Origin: Lama glama
Lineage: Eukaryota
Length of the DNA stretch: 64,000 nt
Assembly: GCA_028534125.1 (NCBI GenBank)
Contig: CM052816.1
Coordinates: 26,538,001 to 26,602,000, forward strand
Direction: 5' to 3'
The notes beneath the pieces were generated by a model. That model did not search any database and was not told the origin of the DNA. It saw nothing but the letters and a program-made list of their open reading frames with translations. Positions 62,704 through 64,000 of the stretch are shown in pieces (the stretch's first letter is position 1; the number at the start of each line of letters is the position of its first letter). Position numbers and translations under genes: made by a program.

Positions 62704-64000
62704 ACCTTGTCATACTGACCACACTCTCATACCTCAATGTGATAAAATCAGAAATCAAAACCAAAGGATTGCTTACATGATAACAAATGCTGATGTTTGG
62801 AAATGTCAGTAACAAATTTAAACAAATTATAAATCTAGACATTTGTAAAATTAAGAAACTTACTTTGCCACTGTCAAAATCAAACGGAAATTTTGAAATA
62901 TTTAGAACTGGAATGAAAACACAAACACATATATCAAAATCTGGAGACAAACTGTGTAGCTTTAACTATCCAGAGACAGGTGTTTGACATATGGGAACTT
63001 GGTATTGGTGTCTGACAAAAGTGGCCCTTCAAGTTACTGGGGAAAGAACAGACTATTCATTCAAGGGTGCTGGATGACTGGTTTTCCTGTGGGGAAAACA
63101 TATAGAATTGGAATCTTGTCTCACACCATATACACAAACTGAATTTTTGTTAGTAGAAAATCTTTCCACTTGAAAAATGGGAAAATCTTACCAAATGGCT
63201 TAAATTATGATTCAATATTAAATCAGGACAAAAGAAACTATCTCTTGCCAAAACCCTTCAATGATTATATCCTCTTTTTCCACAAAATGATGTGAGATTA
63301 AGCAGATAGATAACAGGACCATAATTTATAGATGAGTTGGGGCACAGGGTGAGCCCCCCCAACTCTGTGAGAGAGCTGTGAGAGTGAGCATCTTTAAACA
63401 GTATTCATTAAATAGCCCTACGCACGGAGCACCAGGTTACCCAAGTAAGTAGAGCAGTCGCAGTCCACGTCCTTTGGGAGCTTACAATATCAAACAGGAA
63501 ATTTTTCAGAGCCTGGAGGCGCACTGGTGAGGTGTGGCACTAAAACAGTCATTCACATCACAGGGACCAGCTTTTCTCCCAGACAGTGGTTCACTCCGAT
63601 TGGCTTCCCAGGCTCTAGGCTATCATTTAGAAGCAGCTAAGCCTCGGCTCACTTAAAAGGTCCATTATTGGGAGAATTCACTGCAAATTCTTGCGCTAAA
63701 TCAGCCCTTGTACCAGAACCTGCACAAGCCTAGTCACTTCCCTTCCATAAGATCTATCGAGCCCCACGTGGATTACAAGGTGAATGCCACAGTGTCTCTT
63801 CTGTCCAGCCTGCTGCTCTTCCAGTGGGGTGAGGCACACCCAGTAACCCTGGACTATGGCAAAGGCCAGCCGGCATAATACAGCTCCCACCACACACATC
63901 CTAACACACAACGTAGGACATGCAAATAAGCACACAGACGAGGAGACCGATCATTCTGACATGCGCAGATCAGAGAAGGCTTCAAGGAGAGGAGAGTATT

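Larger units (their letters stand above)
60565..63150 (+). mobile_element. Ancient L1M (ORF1 to ORF2 remnants) interrupted by L2, MLT1 and MER33
   Basis: atggctgaaaagctggagaattttctgaaattga; gcacctaacaaaacagcctcaaaatat; gactattcattcaagggtgctgg. Confidence 0.6.

Noticed and set aside
63696..63935. 79-aa minus-strand ORF at the window end
   Set aside because: No recognisable homology or splice support; could not be tied to the putative minus-strand gene
1..64000. CRISPR arrays, rRNA or prokaryotic operons; scattered AP-1 7-mers
   Set aside because: Sequence is mammalian with no repeat-spacer structure; isolated 7-mers are expected by chance in 64 kb

Overview
Mammalian genomic DNA, most likely camelid (camel/alpaca/llama). 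This is inferred from two short tRNA-derived SINEs resembling the camelid Vic-1 type and from young artiodactyl-type L1s. The window is mostly non-coding, with a 500-N scaffold gap at 1501-2000. Positions 1-29.5 kb are AT-rich and packed with nested LINE-1 fragments of several ages. A non-repeat GC/CpG-rich patch sits at ~29.7-30.3 kb. Positions 30-64 kb carry MIR/L2 relics, MaLR/ERV solo LTRs, hAT/Tigger MITEs and longer unique stretches. No complete protein-coding gene is visible; the ORF track is L1 debris or spurious. There are weak signs of two convergent gene ends: two small + strand exons (4611-4650 and 16869-~16985) and a - strand 3'UTR-like exon (~53.2-55.5 kb). The best finding is a ~360-bp TSD-flanked mini-L1 at 30885-31243. 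In it the first ~170 nt of the L1 5'UTR is joined to the last ~190 nt of the 3'UTR exactly at a GT donor and an AG acceptor (with a TACTAAC branch point) that are visible in other L1 copies in this window. It therefore looks like a retrotransposed spliced L1 RNA lacking both ORFs. Repeat subfamily names come from recognition by eye and boundaries of old repeats are approximate.
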